DNA of 64,000 nucleotides from Chlamydiota bacterium (GTDB lineage Bacteria; Chlamydiota; Chlamydiia; Chlamydiales; RGXB01): NCBI GenBank assembly GCA_016866495.1, contig VGMG01000003.1, positions 3,557 to 67,556 of the forward strand, read 5' to 3'. Shown piece by piece: positions 55,152 to 64,000 of this stretch (position 1 is its first letter; each line of letters starts with the position of its first letter). The notes under the pieces were generated by a model. It saw only the letters and a program-made list of their open reading frames with translations, ran no database searches and was not told where the DNA came from. The position numbers and the translations under genes were made by a program.

Positions 55152-56213
55152 TTATCGAAAAGCTGTAAAGTTTTGGAAGCGATAGGAGATTTTCATCGCC
55201 TCTTTAATCTCTTCAAGCCTCTTCTCCCCCTCTTTTTTTGCTCGCAAGGTTCCCTCATGGAGAATATCCAAAACCCTCTTTGGCTCTTGTTTGAGTTGCT
55301 CTCTTTTTTCTCTTAGAGGGGCGATAAATTCCTCTAAAACCTGCATAAGATGGCGCTTAAGCGTCATATCGCCAAGCCCTCCTCTTTGGTAATGGTCTTT
55401 GAGATCTTGCACCCGATTCTTATCTGGATCAAAGGCATCGAGGTAGGTAAAAACTACATTTCCCTCAATTTTTCCAGGATCTTGCACTTTCAGGTGATGG
55501 GGATCTGTGTACATCTTTTTAACGACCTCCTCTATATCTTTAGAAGAGGCGCTAAATGTGAGTGCATTTCCCAATGACTTGGACATTTTTGCTTTCCCAT
55601 CTGCGCCAGGAAGTCTTGGGCAATCTGAAAACAAAGGCTTAGCCTCTTTGAGAACATCCGTTTGATAAATAGAATTGAATCGTCGAACGATCTCGTTCGT
55701 TTGCTCCAAAATAGGGAGTTGGTCCATTCCCACGGGGATGAGCTCTCCCCCAAAAAGAGTGATGTCAGCGGCCTGAGAAACCGGATAGATCATAAAACCT
55801 GCTGTTACATTCTCCTCCATCCCTTTCTGTTGCATTTCTGCTTTGACCGTGGGATTATGTTTGAGCCTGTTGTAGGTAACCATGTTTAGAAAATAAAAAG
55901 TAAGCTCGAAAAGTTGAGGGATCTGAGATTGGATGAAAATTACAGTTTTTTGGGGATCAATTCCAACAGCCAGATAGTCCAGCATCACCTCAAAGATATT
56001 GGTTCGAATTTTTTCAGGATGATCGTAATTATCGGTTAAAGCCTGGGCATCCGCAATCATGACAAATTGATCATGCTTATGCTGCAACTCCAAGCGATTT
56101 TTTAGCGAACCCACATAATGGCCAAGATGGAGTTGTCCTGTGGGACGATCTCCTGTAAGAATTCTTTTTTTCATCCATTTATTGTCGCTAAATCCCCCTA
56201 TTTCCTGCGACAA
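55152..56213 (-). CDS. trpS: tryptophan--tRNA ligase
   Basis: PTGQLHLGHYVGSL (HIGH), KMSKSLGN (KMSKS), ADAQALTD. Confidence 0.95.
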   Translation of the reverse strand: MSQEIGGFSDNKWMKKRILTGDRPTGQLHLGHYVGSLKNRLELQHKHDQFVMIADAQALTDNYDHPEKIRTNIFEVMLDYLAVGIDPQKTVIFIQSQIPQLFELTFYFLNMVTYNRLKHNPTVKAEMQQKGMEENVTAGFMIYPVSQAADITLFGGELIPVGMDQLPILEQTNEIVRRFNSIYQTDVLKEAKPLFSDCPRLPGADGKAKMSKSLGNALTFSASSKDIEEVVKKMYTDPHHLKVQDPGKIEGNVVFTYLDAFDPDKNRVQDLKDHYQRGGLGDMTLKRHLMQVLEEFIAPLREKREQLKQEPKRVLDILHEGTLRAKKEGEKRLEEIKEAMKISYRFQNFTAFR

Positions 56214-56405
56214 TTTTTTGAATAAAAAGCAAAAAAAGGGGGCAAGAAAACCGCAATAGGTAGGATTGGAAAGCTCCTCTAATGTCTCCTAGGTATAAAA
56301 CTAAAAAAGCAAAAAACTTTTTAATCCCCCCATTTTTAGGGGGAAATAAAATCTATCAAGAGGTGGTGCTTGCCAAGTTGACCCGTTTCGTGCGATAGTT
56401 TTTTT

Positions 56406-58580
56406 ATGAATAGAGAAGTCGAAAGCTCTAAAGAATCCGTTTTGCCCCAAAAAATTGGCCATTATATCGTGAAAGAACTCATTGGCAAAGGGGGAATGGG
56501 AGAGGTATATCTTTGCTACGACCCGATCACAGAGAGGGAGGTTGCACTAAAAAGAATACGTCCTGAGATGCACGCAATCCCTTTGATTCGACAGAGATTT
56601 CTTAAAGAAGCAAAAATTGCAGCACAACTTACCCACCCTGCTATTTTGGGCGTCTATTCCATCGAGGAAAATGAGACAGATGTCTTTTATATCATGCCCT
56701 ATATTCAAGGTAAAACTTTGAAAACCCTTTTGGCGGGCTATCGTCAATCTAAAGCCTCTACCATTCATCTTGTAAGAGATTTTCTCACGATATGCCATGC
56801 GGTACAATATGCCCACTCCAAAGGGGTATTGCATAGGGATCTCAAGCCCGAAAACATTCTAATTGGCCCCTTCAATGAGGTGTTAATCTACGATTTTGGA
56901 CTTGCCGAGTATGCGGACATGAATGAAGAGTCGTTTGATGAGATGCCCGTGCTTAAATCTCATCCCGACCTTACAAGAGTGGGAAAAATTGTTGGAACAA
57001 TCACTTACATGGCCCCCGAAAGGATCTTGGAAAAACTTGACACAGTCCAAAGTGATATCTATTCTTTGGGAGTCATATTATACCAGATTCTGACGCTCAA
57101 ACACCCCTTTAAAAGACAATCAGTCAAACAATTCAAACAGCAAGCTCAAGAGGAAAAAATTTTCGATCCGAGCGACGTCGCACCGATGAGAGAAATCCCC
57201 CCTCTTTTAGCGAAAATTGCTATGCGTTGTTTGTTTTTTAAAAAGGAGCAAAGATATCAAAACCTCAAAGAGATGATCAGCGATTTAGAACAGTATTTTG
57301 AGGGTAAAGCCGATTGGGTTTTTGCCGCAAGATTAGACCCTAAAAACCCGACCGATTGGGAGCTTCAAGAGACAATTGTTTTGAAACAGTCGAAGGACTG
57401 GGCGATTTATATGCTATCTTCTACTCTTTTTCCCGGCAACGTGAAGCTCGAATCTCACATTACCTTAGAAAAAGGGAGCGAAGGGGTGGGCTTTTTGCTG
57501 GGTGTAGCTCATAAGATGGAGCAAAAAGGGCTGGATTCTGGTTTGACAGTTTGGATTGCCCCCAATCAAGTCCGTCTTCTTCGCGCCGGTATCGTTTTAA
57601 AAACCATTGAAACCCCACAAATACAAGAAGATCTCGGACTGGAAATAGAGATTGAAAAACTTTACGAATCCATCCATTTAAAAATCGACAAAAAGAGCGT
57701 CCTTGTTGTCCCTATATTTTTACCTGTAACTGGGGCACACGTTGGTTTGGTCTACAAGGATCTTCAGTTTAGAATGAAAACATTTTCTATTTCTGTAGGC
57801 TCTTACAACGCTAGAATCGGTTGCTTGACTATTCCGGATACTTTTTTTGCTAATGGATTGTTTGAAAAAGCTTTAGAAGAATACAACAAAATCAGCCACT
57901 CTTTTGAAAGAAGATCTGAAGGATTAATCGCAACGTTTAGAAGCGGCCTAACTCTTTTAGAACTGAATCGTATCGACGAAGCTTTTGAGGCCTTTGAAAA
58001 ACTTCATAAAACGCAAAAAGGGATCCTGGAATGGCTCGGAAAAGGGTTAAGTTACCGCAAACTTTTGGAGGTCGGTGAAGAGGCAAAGTGTTATGAAATC
58101 GCCCTTAACCTTTTCAAAAATGACATGAATCTTATTTTGATTGAAGAGGAGATCCTTTTCCGCTTGGAACAGTCTAAAGAAGAGGGACGAGTCGGACCGT
58201 TTCTTTTTGCATTGATTGCATTGAAATATCATCTCCTCTCTAAAGACAATTCTACCATACAAGAGCTGACTAAAACTCTCCTTACTCCCCCATTCCTTGA
58301 TCCCGAAGAACCCGAGTCCTTGATTGCATTTTATTTGATGAAAACCAAAAGCTTGGAAGCGCTTGGAAAAAGCGAGGCACTAGAGGTAGTAGAGAATCTC
58401 TATCGAAAAACAGATCCGGTTGTTACTAGATTCTATCACTGGCTTGAAACGATTGAAAATTCTCCAACCTCAGCTTTTCCAAGCCTAAGCGAGCTTTTGA
58501 AAAAAACCGGCAAGAAAGTGCGCACAATACCCCTTCAGCAATACCTTCCTCTTGAGCTCGCCCTTTTGCAAAAGCTATGA
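56406..58580 (+). CDS. Hanks-type Ser/Thr protein kinase with large C-terminal helical (TPR-like) domain
   Basis: GKGGMGEVY, VALKRI, HRDLKPENILI, DFGLA, GTITYMAPE. Lies near valS, as chlamydial pknD does (from memory). Confidence 0.85.
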   Translation: MNREVESSKESVLPQKIGHYIVKELIGKGGMGEVYLCYDPITEREVALKRIRPEMHAIPLIRQRFLKEAKIAAQLTHPAILGVYSIEENETDVFYIMPYIQGKTLKTLLAGYRQSKASTIHLVRDFLTICHAVQYAHSKGVLHRDLKPENILIGPFNEVLIYDFGLAEYADMNEESFDEMPVLKSHPDLTRVGKIVGTITYMAPERILEKLDTVQSDIYSLGVILYQILTLKHPFKRQSVKQFKQQAQEEKIFDPSDVAPMREIPPLLAKIAMRCLFFKKEQRYQNLKEMISDLEQYFEGKADWVFAARLDPKNPTDWELQETIVLKQSKDWAIYMLSSTLFPGNVKLESHITLEKGSEGVGFLLGVAHKMEQKGLDSGLTVWIAPNQVRLLRAGIVLKTIETPQIQEDLGLEIEIEKLYESIHLKIDKKSVLVVPIFLPVTGAHVGLVYKDLQFRMKTFSISVGSYNARIGCLTIPDTFFANGLFEKALEEYNKISHSFERRSEGLIATFRSGLTLLELNRIDEAFEAFEKLHKTQKGILEWLGKGLSYRKLLEVGEEAKCYEIALNLFKNDMNLILIEEEILFRLEQSKEEGRVGPFLFALIALKYHLLSKDNSTIQELTKTLLTPPFLDPEEPESLIAFYLMKTKSLEALGKSEALEVVENLYRKTDPVVTRFYHWLETIENSPTSAFPSLSELLKKTGKKVRTIPLQQYLPLELALLQKL

Positions 58581-60650
58581 ATATTTTTTTATCCTCTCTA
58601 AATCGAGTTTAGGGATAGAGGTCTTCGCCAGAATTACGGTCTCTTTAGACGATTGGATCCTAGCTTCAAAGGTGTCTGCATCACTTTCCATTGGTCTATA
58701 GTCATCAAATGTTAAGAACCCCTCTTCTGCATCGGCAAAAGGTGTGGCTTTAGGGTTTTCGGGCAAAACAGCCACTTGACTTTGAAAAGAAAATTCCTTT
58801 GTTGGCTTATCTTCACAAGTATCGAAATTCTTTTTTCTGAGAGAATCTAGCTTTTGTTCTACATTTAAAAGCGATTGAGCGATATTTTGTGGCTCTTTTT
58901 CATAAAGTTCCAAAAGAGCTTTAATTGAACTTTTTTTTGCCAGGACAAATTGTGTTATCGCCTCTTCATCTCTTACCTCTATAGACATAAAAGAGCTCAA
59001 ATCGTGATCAAAAGAATAGGCAAACACATTTCCATAAAACTCTTTTTGTTTTTGGGTTGCATACTTTAAAGCTTTTGGGTGTTCCTCTATGGGCAGCTCG
59101 TTGAAGACAGTTTTGAAAGGAGCTGGCTCAAGCAGCGGTATGAGTATCTGCAGTTGGTAAGTCTGCATGAGGGGTAACCATTTTGAGGAAAAAGGGTGCG
59201 CTTGCGGCGTGCTTGAAAGCTCAATTAACGCCACAGGATGGATATTTTTCACAACTTCCTCCCATTCGTCATTCAAACCCAAAAAAGAGGGTGGTCGTGT
59301 AGCTGTTCTTGTGCACAGATTATCCAATACCTCAGCAAATGTTTCATTTTTATTTTGCCAAAAACGGGCTTTAGAAAACTTTTCTAATAGCCAAGCGGGA
59401 ATGTAGCGAAAAAATTTTCTTGTTCTTTCAGGGCTGAAGCCTTTGAGGACAATAGACTGTCTCATAAAATTCAAAAAAAACAGAAAAGCAGAGGGTTCTT
59501 TAAGAAAGACGATCGCCTCCTCCAAGTCCTCAAGCCAGTCGGGATTAGAGTGAACCAAAAAATAAAATGCAGGGTCTTCTTTCCATTTTTGTGCGATAAA
59601 AGCCTCTACAAGAGGGGCATTTTTTGGATAGTGGTATAAATAAAAAGGGATCCAAGGGTAGGCCACATTTGCGTGCAAAATGGTGTGATAGCTTTCTTGC
59701 ATAAAAATCTTATGAAAAAAAGTAGGGTCCAGTTCTTCATAGGGGATCTCTTCATTTCTGACGTAAGCAGAGAGAAACAAAAGTGGAGTGACAGATTTAG
59801 TGTGCTCTTTTAAAGCATCAATCCAAGCCGCCTCTTTTTTTAAAAGCTGTTCTAGATTTGGTTGCACTAACCACTTTTCAGAAATTATGGATTCAATCAC
59901 CTCGCAACAATCGGCGAAATCCTCCAGAACCTGAGGAATCCAGGGATAATTTTCCCCCTCAAATAAGAGGGATCCAATCTCTTCATCATGCAAAAGATCG
60001 GGCAAATTTTCTAAACCATGATTTTGGACGAATTGCTTGATTAAAAGAGGTGCTTTTGCAGGATCCATTCTAAGACTTTTATGAAATGTTTCTAACACTA
60101 AAGACTTATCAAATGTTTCCAAGGACCCTTCAGAAGCTTCAAACTGAAAGGTTTTTTGTATTTGTTCTTTAGCATCTGGAAAAATTTTTAAGACAAAAGG
60201 GATCCATGTTTTACAATCCTCTTTAAGGAATTGCTTAGTCTCCATGTCTTCAAAAACCCTGTTCAACCCCTCTTGACCATTTTTGGATAAATAGCTTTCC
60301 AAATGGCTATAAAAAGTCTTCGCCCCCTCTTCAAGGTCTCGTTTCAAAAGCTCAAATTTTCTATTTTGAAGAACAGAATCAAAGCTTTGCTGTCTGATCT
60401 GGGATTCGATTGAGGATTTTACGGCGATCTCTACCCACTTCATTCCAATTTGACTTTGGATATTTTCATATAAAACCGGGTCTTTCTCAAGGGCATAAGG
60501 GATACTCATTCCTCTTTCAGCTATGAGATCAAATAAATTTTTAATTTGCTCGTTATCTCCATCAAGGATCCTGCCTCTGTATTGGTTCAGCGCAGTTTGA
60601 AAATGGAGCTCCTCAGTTTGAGGTTGAAAAGGATTTAAAGAAAAATGCAT
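58575..60650 (-). CDS. hypothetical repeat protein (recurring (Y/T)(P/W)WIP motif)
   Basis: 691 aa. Motif instances: KTWIPFVLKIFPDAKEQI, YPWIPQVLEDFADCCEVI, YPWIPFYLYHYPKNAPLV, SKWLPLMQTY. Confidence 0.5.
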   Translation of the reverse strand: MHFSLNPFQPQTEELHFQTALNQYRGRILDGDNEQIKNLFDLIAERGMSIPYALEKDPVLYENIQSQIGMKWVEIAVKSSIESQIRQQSFDSVLQNRKFELLKRDLEEGAKTFYSHLESYLSKNGQEGLNRVFEDMETKQFLKEDCKTWIPFVLKIFPDAKEQIQKTFQFEASEGSLETFDKSLVLETFHKSLRMDPAKAPLLIKQFVQNHGLENLPDLLHDEEIGSLLFEGENYPWIPQVLEDFADCCEVIESIISEKWLVQPNLEQLLKKEAAWIDALKEHTKSVTPLLFLSAYVRNEEIPYEELDPTFFHKIFMQESYHTILHANVAYPWIPFYLYHYPKNAPLVEAFIAQKWKEDPAFYFLVHSNPDWLEDLEEAIVFLKEPSAFLFFLNFMRQSIVLKGFSPERTRKFFRYIPAWLLEKFSKARFWQNKNETFAEVLDNLCTRTATRPPSFLGLNDEWEEVVKNIHPVALIELSSTPQAHPFSSKWLPLMQTYQLQILIPLLEPAPFKTVFNELPIEEHPKALKYATQKQKEFYGNVFAYSFDHDLSSFMSIEVRDEEAITQFVLAKKSSIKALLELYEKEPQNIAQSLLNVEQKLDSLRKKNFDTCEDKPTKEFSFQSQVAVLPENPKATPFADAEEGFLTFDDYRPMESDADTFEARIQSSKETVILAKTSIPKLDLERIKKYS

Positions 60651-60820
60651 ACGGATAGTTTATGTAATTAGTTTTATGAAATCACCCTTTTTTTACACTC
60701 AAAAAATATCTATAATCCTGTAGTTGTGTAAATTTTCTTAATTGGACCTTAAGCCATGGCCAATCGGGTCTATTGAGGGGGGTTTTAAACAAAACCCATC
60801 TATGTTATCTTTAAAACCCT

Positions 60821-63574
60821 ATGCAAGAACTGCCCAAAACTTTTGATCCACAAACCAACGAAGCGCTTGTAAATCCACTTTGGAATCACGCGTTTGTTGC
60901 ACAAAGCCTAAGTAAAAAGCCCCCTTTTTCTATAGTGATCCCACCTCCAAACGTGACAGGACAACTCCACATGGGGCACGCCCTAGATGCGAGTGTTCAA
61001 GATCTTTTGATTCGTTTTCATAGAATGCGTGGGTTTAATGCTGTTTGGTACCCAGGTACCGATCATGCAGGGATTGCCACCCAGACCGTTGTAGAGCGGA
61101 TGCTTTTGAGCAAAGAGAATAAAAGACGTACCGACATGTCGAAAGAGGAGTTTCTTGCCTATGCTTTCGCTTGGAAAGACGAGTACGAACAAAGGATTCT
61201 CTCCCAATTTAAACGCCTGGGTTCCTCTTGTGATTGGTCTAGACAACGTTTTACTCTGGATGATGTTTGCTCCAAAACCGTCAACACGATGTTCAAAAAG
61301 CTCTTTGACCAAGGTTTGATCTATCGCGGGCTTTACCTGGTCAACTGGGACCCGGTGAGTGAGACCGCCCTTGCAGACGACGAGGTCGAATTTGAAGAGC
61401 AGGAGGGTAAACTTTACACATTCCAGTTTCAACTAAGCGATAAGTCGGGATTTATCCAGGTGGCTACAACTCGTCCTGAAACAATGCTTGCCGACGTTGC
61501 GATTGCGGTCCACCCAAAAGACGAAAAATACGCTCACATCCACAAAAAAACTTTCTACCACCCTTTACGTAAAATTGATCTTCCAATTGTGCTTGACCAT
61601 TTTGTAGAACCCGAGTTTGGAACGGGTGCTGTAAAAATCACTCCTGGGCATGACCCGAATGATTATGCCTGTGCAAAAAGATTGGGTTTGGAAGCGATCA
61701 ATATGATGACCGCCAACGGTTGTGTGATTGAGGGGCATGGACCCTTTAGTGGGCTTAAGATGGCAGATGCCCGCCAAAAAATCGTCGAAATGATGCAAAA
61801 TGAGGGACATCTTGTCAAAATTGAAAAACACACTCATCGTGTTGGTATCTCCTACCGCTCTAAAGCTGTGATTGAACCTTTTTTATCGAAACAGTGGTTT
61901 GTCAACATGCGAGCGTTCAAGGATCGCCTTAACAGTGTTGTCGCAAATAAAGAGGTAGAACTCATTCCTCAAGAATGGGAGCGCACCTACCATCATTGGA
62001 TAGATAACTTACAGGATTGGTGCATCTCCAGGCAGCTATGGTGGGGCCACCCAATCCCTATTTGGTATGACAAACAGAATGAGGAGCGGGTGATTTGCTA
62101 TAGCTCGGAGGGTTTACCTCCTGAGGTAGAAAAAAACCCCGAGCGCTACAGAAAAGAGACAGATGTATTGGACACCTGGTTCTCTAGTGCTTTATGGCCT
62201 TTAAGCTGCACAAAATGGGTGGAAAATGACCAAGACTTCAAAACATTTTTTCCCACCTCGGTGCTTGTAACGGGTCATGACATCCTCTTTTTTTGGGTTG
62301 CCAGAATGATACTTATGTCGGAGGTTGCAGTCAAAAAGCCCCCCTTCAAAAAGGTGTTTTTACACGGTTTGATCTACGCAAAATCCTACTGGAGAGAGGG
62401 ACCATCTGGACATATTGAATACGTGTCAAAAGAGGAAAGACGACAATTTGAGACAGCCGACAAGCTTCCAAAAGGGGTCCATTTTAAGTGGGAAAAGATG
62501 TCAAAATCTAAAGGAAACGTGATCGATCCTGTAGAGATGATTGATACCTATGGTGTAGATGCGGTCCGTTTTACCCTTCTCTCATTAGTCTCTCACGCCA
62601 GACAAATAGATTTAGATTTGCGCCGTTTTGAAGAGGGGCGCAATTTTATCAATAAAATCTGGAATGCTTTCCGGTTCACTCTCCCTCACCTGGAGGGGCT
62701 CGACCATATTCCTCCACTCCCCAAAAAGTCGCTATCTGATATAGATCAATGGATTTTAGAGCGATTAAGGCAAACAAGCATTGAAATTGAAAGTTTTATT
62801 GATCGCTACTACATCAATGAAGCAGCGCAACGCATGTACCGCTTTTTCTGGGATGATTTTTGCGCAGTTTATTTAGAGGCGACAAAACCTGTTCTTTTTA
62901 AAAAACGGGGAACTTTAGAGGATTTCGAAAGAACGCGCGCTGTCTTGGTTTATATTCTTTTACAATCTTTAGAGATAATGCACCCTTTTATCCCGTTTGT
63001 GACTGAGGAGATCTATCAGCATATTCGCGTAAGAATTCAGGGTTTAGAGCCCCTTTTAGCTCTTAAGCAAACTACTCAGTCAAAAGAAATCTACGATATT
63101 CGCCATGTCGATGAAGCGCTAGATTGGGTACAAAAAATTCGTAACGTCAGAGCCGAAATGCAGATACCACTTGGAGCTGAGATTGAGGTTTTGGTTATTA
63201 GAGACCAGAAAAGAAAAAATAGCCCTCTTGATGCCACTCAGGTGATGGAAACATTAACCAAAAGTAGTTTTGAATTTGTGGATTCAATCGACGAGAAAGA
63301 ATTTGGGACAAAAATGACTTTTTCCTCAGCGACTCTTTTTATCCCCTTGCCCAAAGAGTTGTTATTTAAAGAGTGCGTGCGCATCGAAAAACAGATCGAA
63401 GCGATTGAGAAAAAAATGGCGGGACTTAAGAGCAGATTAGAGAACCGGGAGTTTGTGGCAAAAGCACCCCCTTCTTTACTCGAGTCTACTCAAGATCAGT
63501 ACACCTCTTTTTTCGAGGAAAGGCTTCATCTAAAAAATCAGCATGAGAAACTCCTCAATTTAACTTCTAAATAG
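60821..63574 (+). CDS. valS: valine--tRNA ligase
   Basis: PPPNVTGQLHMGHAL (HIGH), KMSKSKGN, CISRQLWWGHPIPIWY, C-terminal coiled coil. Confidence 0.95.
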   Translation: MQELPKTFDPQTNEALVNPLWNHAFVAQSLSKKPPFSIVIPPPNVTGQLHMGHALDASVQDLLIRFHRMRGFNAVWYPGTDHAGIATQTVVERMLLSKENKRRTDMSKEEFLAYAFAWKDEYEQRILSQFKRLGSSCDWSRQRFTLDDVCSKTVNTMFKKLFDQGLIYRGLYLVNWDPVSETALADDEVEFEEQEGKLYTFQFQLSDKSGFIQVATTRPETMLADVAIAVHPKDEKYAHIHKKTFYHPLRKIDLPIVLDHFVEPEFGTGAVKITPGHDPNDYACAKRLGLEAINMMTANGCVIEGHGPFSGLKMADARQKIVEMMQNEGHLVKIEKHTHRVGISYRSKAVIEPFLSKQWFVNMRAFKDRLNSVVANKEVELIPQEWERTYHHWIDNLQDWCISRQLWWGHPIPIWYDKQNEERVICYSSEGLPPEVEKNPERYRKETDVLDTWFSSALWPLSCTKWVENDQDFKTFFPTSVLVTGHDILFFWVARMILMSEVAVKKPPFKKVFLHGLIYAKSYWREGPSGHIEYVSKEERRQFETADKLPKGVHFKWEKMSKSKGNVIDPVEMIDTYGVDAVRFTLLSLVSHARQIDLDLRRFEEGRNFINKIWNAFRFTLPHLEGLDHIPPLPKKSLSDIDQWILERLRQTSIEIESFIDRYYINEAAQRMYRFFWDDFCAVYLEATKPVLFKKRGTLEDFERTRAVLVYILLQSLEIMHPFIPFVTEEIYQHIRVRIQGLEPLLALKQTTQSKEIYDIRHVDEALDWVQKIRNVRAEMQIPLGAEIEVLVIRDQKRKNSPLDATQVMETLTKSSFEFVDSIDEKEFGTKMTFSSATLFIPLPKELLFKECVRIEKQIEAIEKKMAGLKSRLENREFVAKAPPSLLESTQDQYTSFFEERLHLKNQHEKLLNLTSK

Positions 63575-63672
63575 ACAAACCGGAAGGCTTTTTTTAATAA
63601 ACCCTTCTGGTTTTATAAAAATCCAAGAAGATGATAGAAAGTGATAAAAAATTAGATGTGGCGTACCCTTAG

Positions 63673-64000
63673 ATGCTTAATTCTAGACCCCTTCCTTCTG
63701 TAGATTCGATTCATAAAAGGTTTCCTCTTCCTCTAGATTTAAAAATCAAAATCCAAGAGTCTAGGAAAGGTTTTCAACAGTTTAGCTCTTATCATAAAGC
63801 GCTTTTTATTGGACCCTGCTCCATACATGACTTGTCTAAAGATCTTATTTTGGGTGAAAAAATTGCCAACTTGCAAAAAGAGTATCCCGAATTTTTCTTT
63901 TTGTATCGCTGCCATTTGGAGAAACCCCGTTCCAATCATCATTGGCGCGGATTTCTTATGGATCCGGATCTTGACGGCAGCTTCAATTTGGAAAAAGGGA
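63673..64000 (+). CDS. aroG: 3-deoxy-7-phosphoheptulonate (DAHP) synthase class I, N-terminal part (runs off window)
   Basis: My translation from ATG 63673 reads ...ALFIGPCSIHDLSKDLILGEKIANLQKEYPEFFFLYRCHLEKPRSNHHWRGFLMDPDLDGSFNLEKG. This follows the AroG/AroF pattern GPCSIHD...EKPR...W.G...DP.LDGS. Confidence 0.8.
   Translation, partial: MLNSRPLPSVDSIHKRFPLPLDLKIKIQESRKGFQQFSSYHKALFIGPCSIHDLSKDLILGEKIANLQKEYPEFFFLYRCHLEKPRSNHHWRGFLMDPDLDGSFNLEKG

Noticed and set aside
1-64000. A search of the whole window for CRISPR arrays and rRNA.
   Set aside because: I saw no regularly spaced 25-40 nt direct repeats and no rRNA-like conserved blocks. The only tandem or dispersed repeats found are those listed as features.

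Overview
AT-rich, coding-dense bacterial window. Gene content and local synteny suggest an environmental, amoeba-associated member of the Chlamydiae; this taxon call is inference only. The supporting genes are a plant-like FabI, a SycD/LcrH-type chaperone followed by two hydrophobic translocators, dcd-ruvB-SpoIID, a Hanks kinase near valS, an Inc-like bilobed membrane protein and tandem OppA paralogs. Core genes: lpdA (partial)-sucB-sucA, hemW, fabI, mlaEFD-yqgE, dcd, ruvB, trpS, valS and aroG (partial). Transport genes: two MFS transporters, an EmrAB-OMF tripartite efflux operon, and a translationally coupled oppA-oppA-unknown-S9 peptidase string. The most interesting content is accessory and host-interaction-like. 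(1) At 41.7-46.2 kb an effector-like Ser/Thr kinase sits next to an ORF with sequence-recognisable eukaryotic HECT E3 ligase motifs. (2) At 51.3-55.0 kb a ~2.2 kb module is bracketed by 35-bp direct repeats; it carries a frameshifted small gene, a Pro/Ala-repeat protein and an HCxxGxxRS phosphatase. Next to it is a GH18 chitinase killed by exactly two in-frame stops. (3) At 12.8-15.7 kb there is a compact T3SS translocator operon preceded by a FliO-like gene. Other notable items are an orphan short secretin, a 63-bp near-identical segment shared by two unrelated genes 10 kb apart, and a convergent pair of 60-aa membrane peptides. I recognised no rRNA, tRNA, CRISPR array or intact IS/transposase. 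All product calls rest on motifs read by eye; no searches were run.
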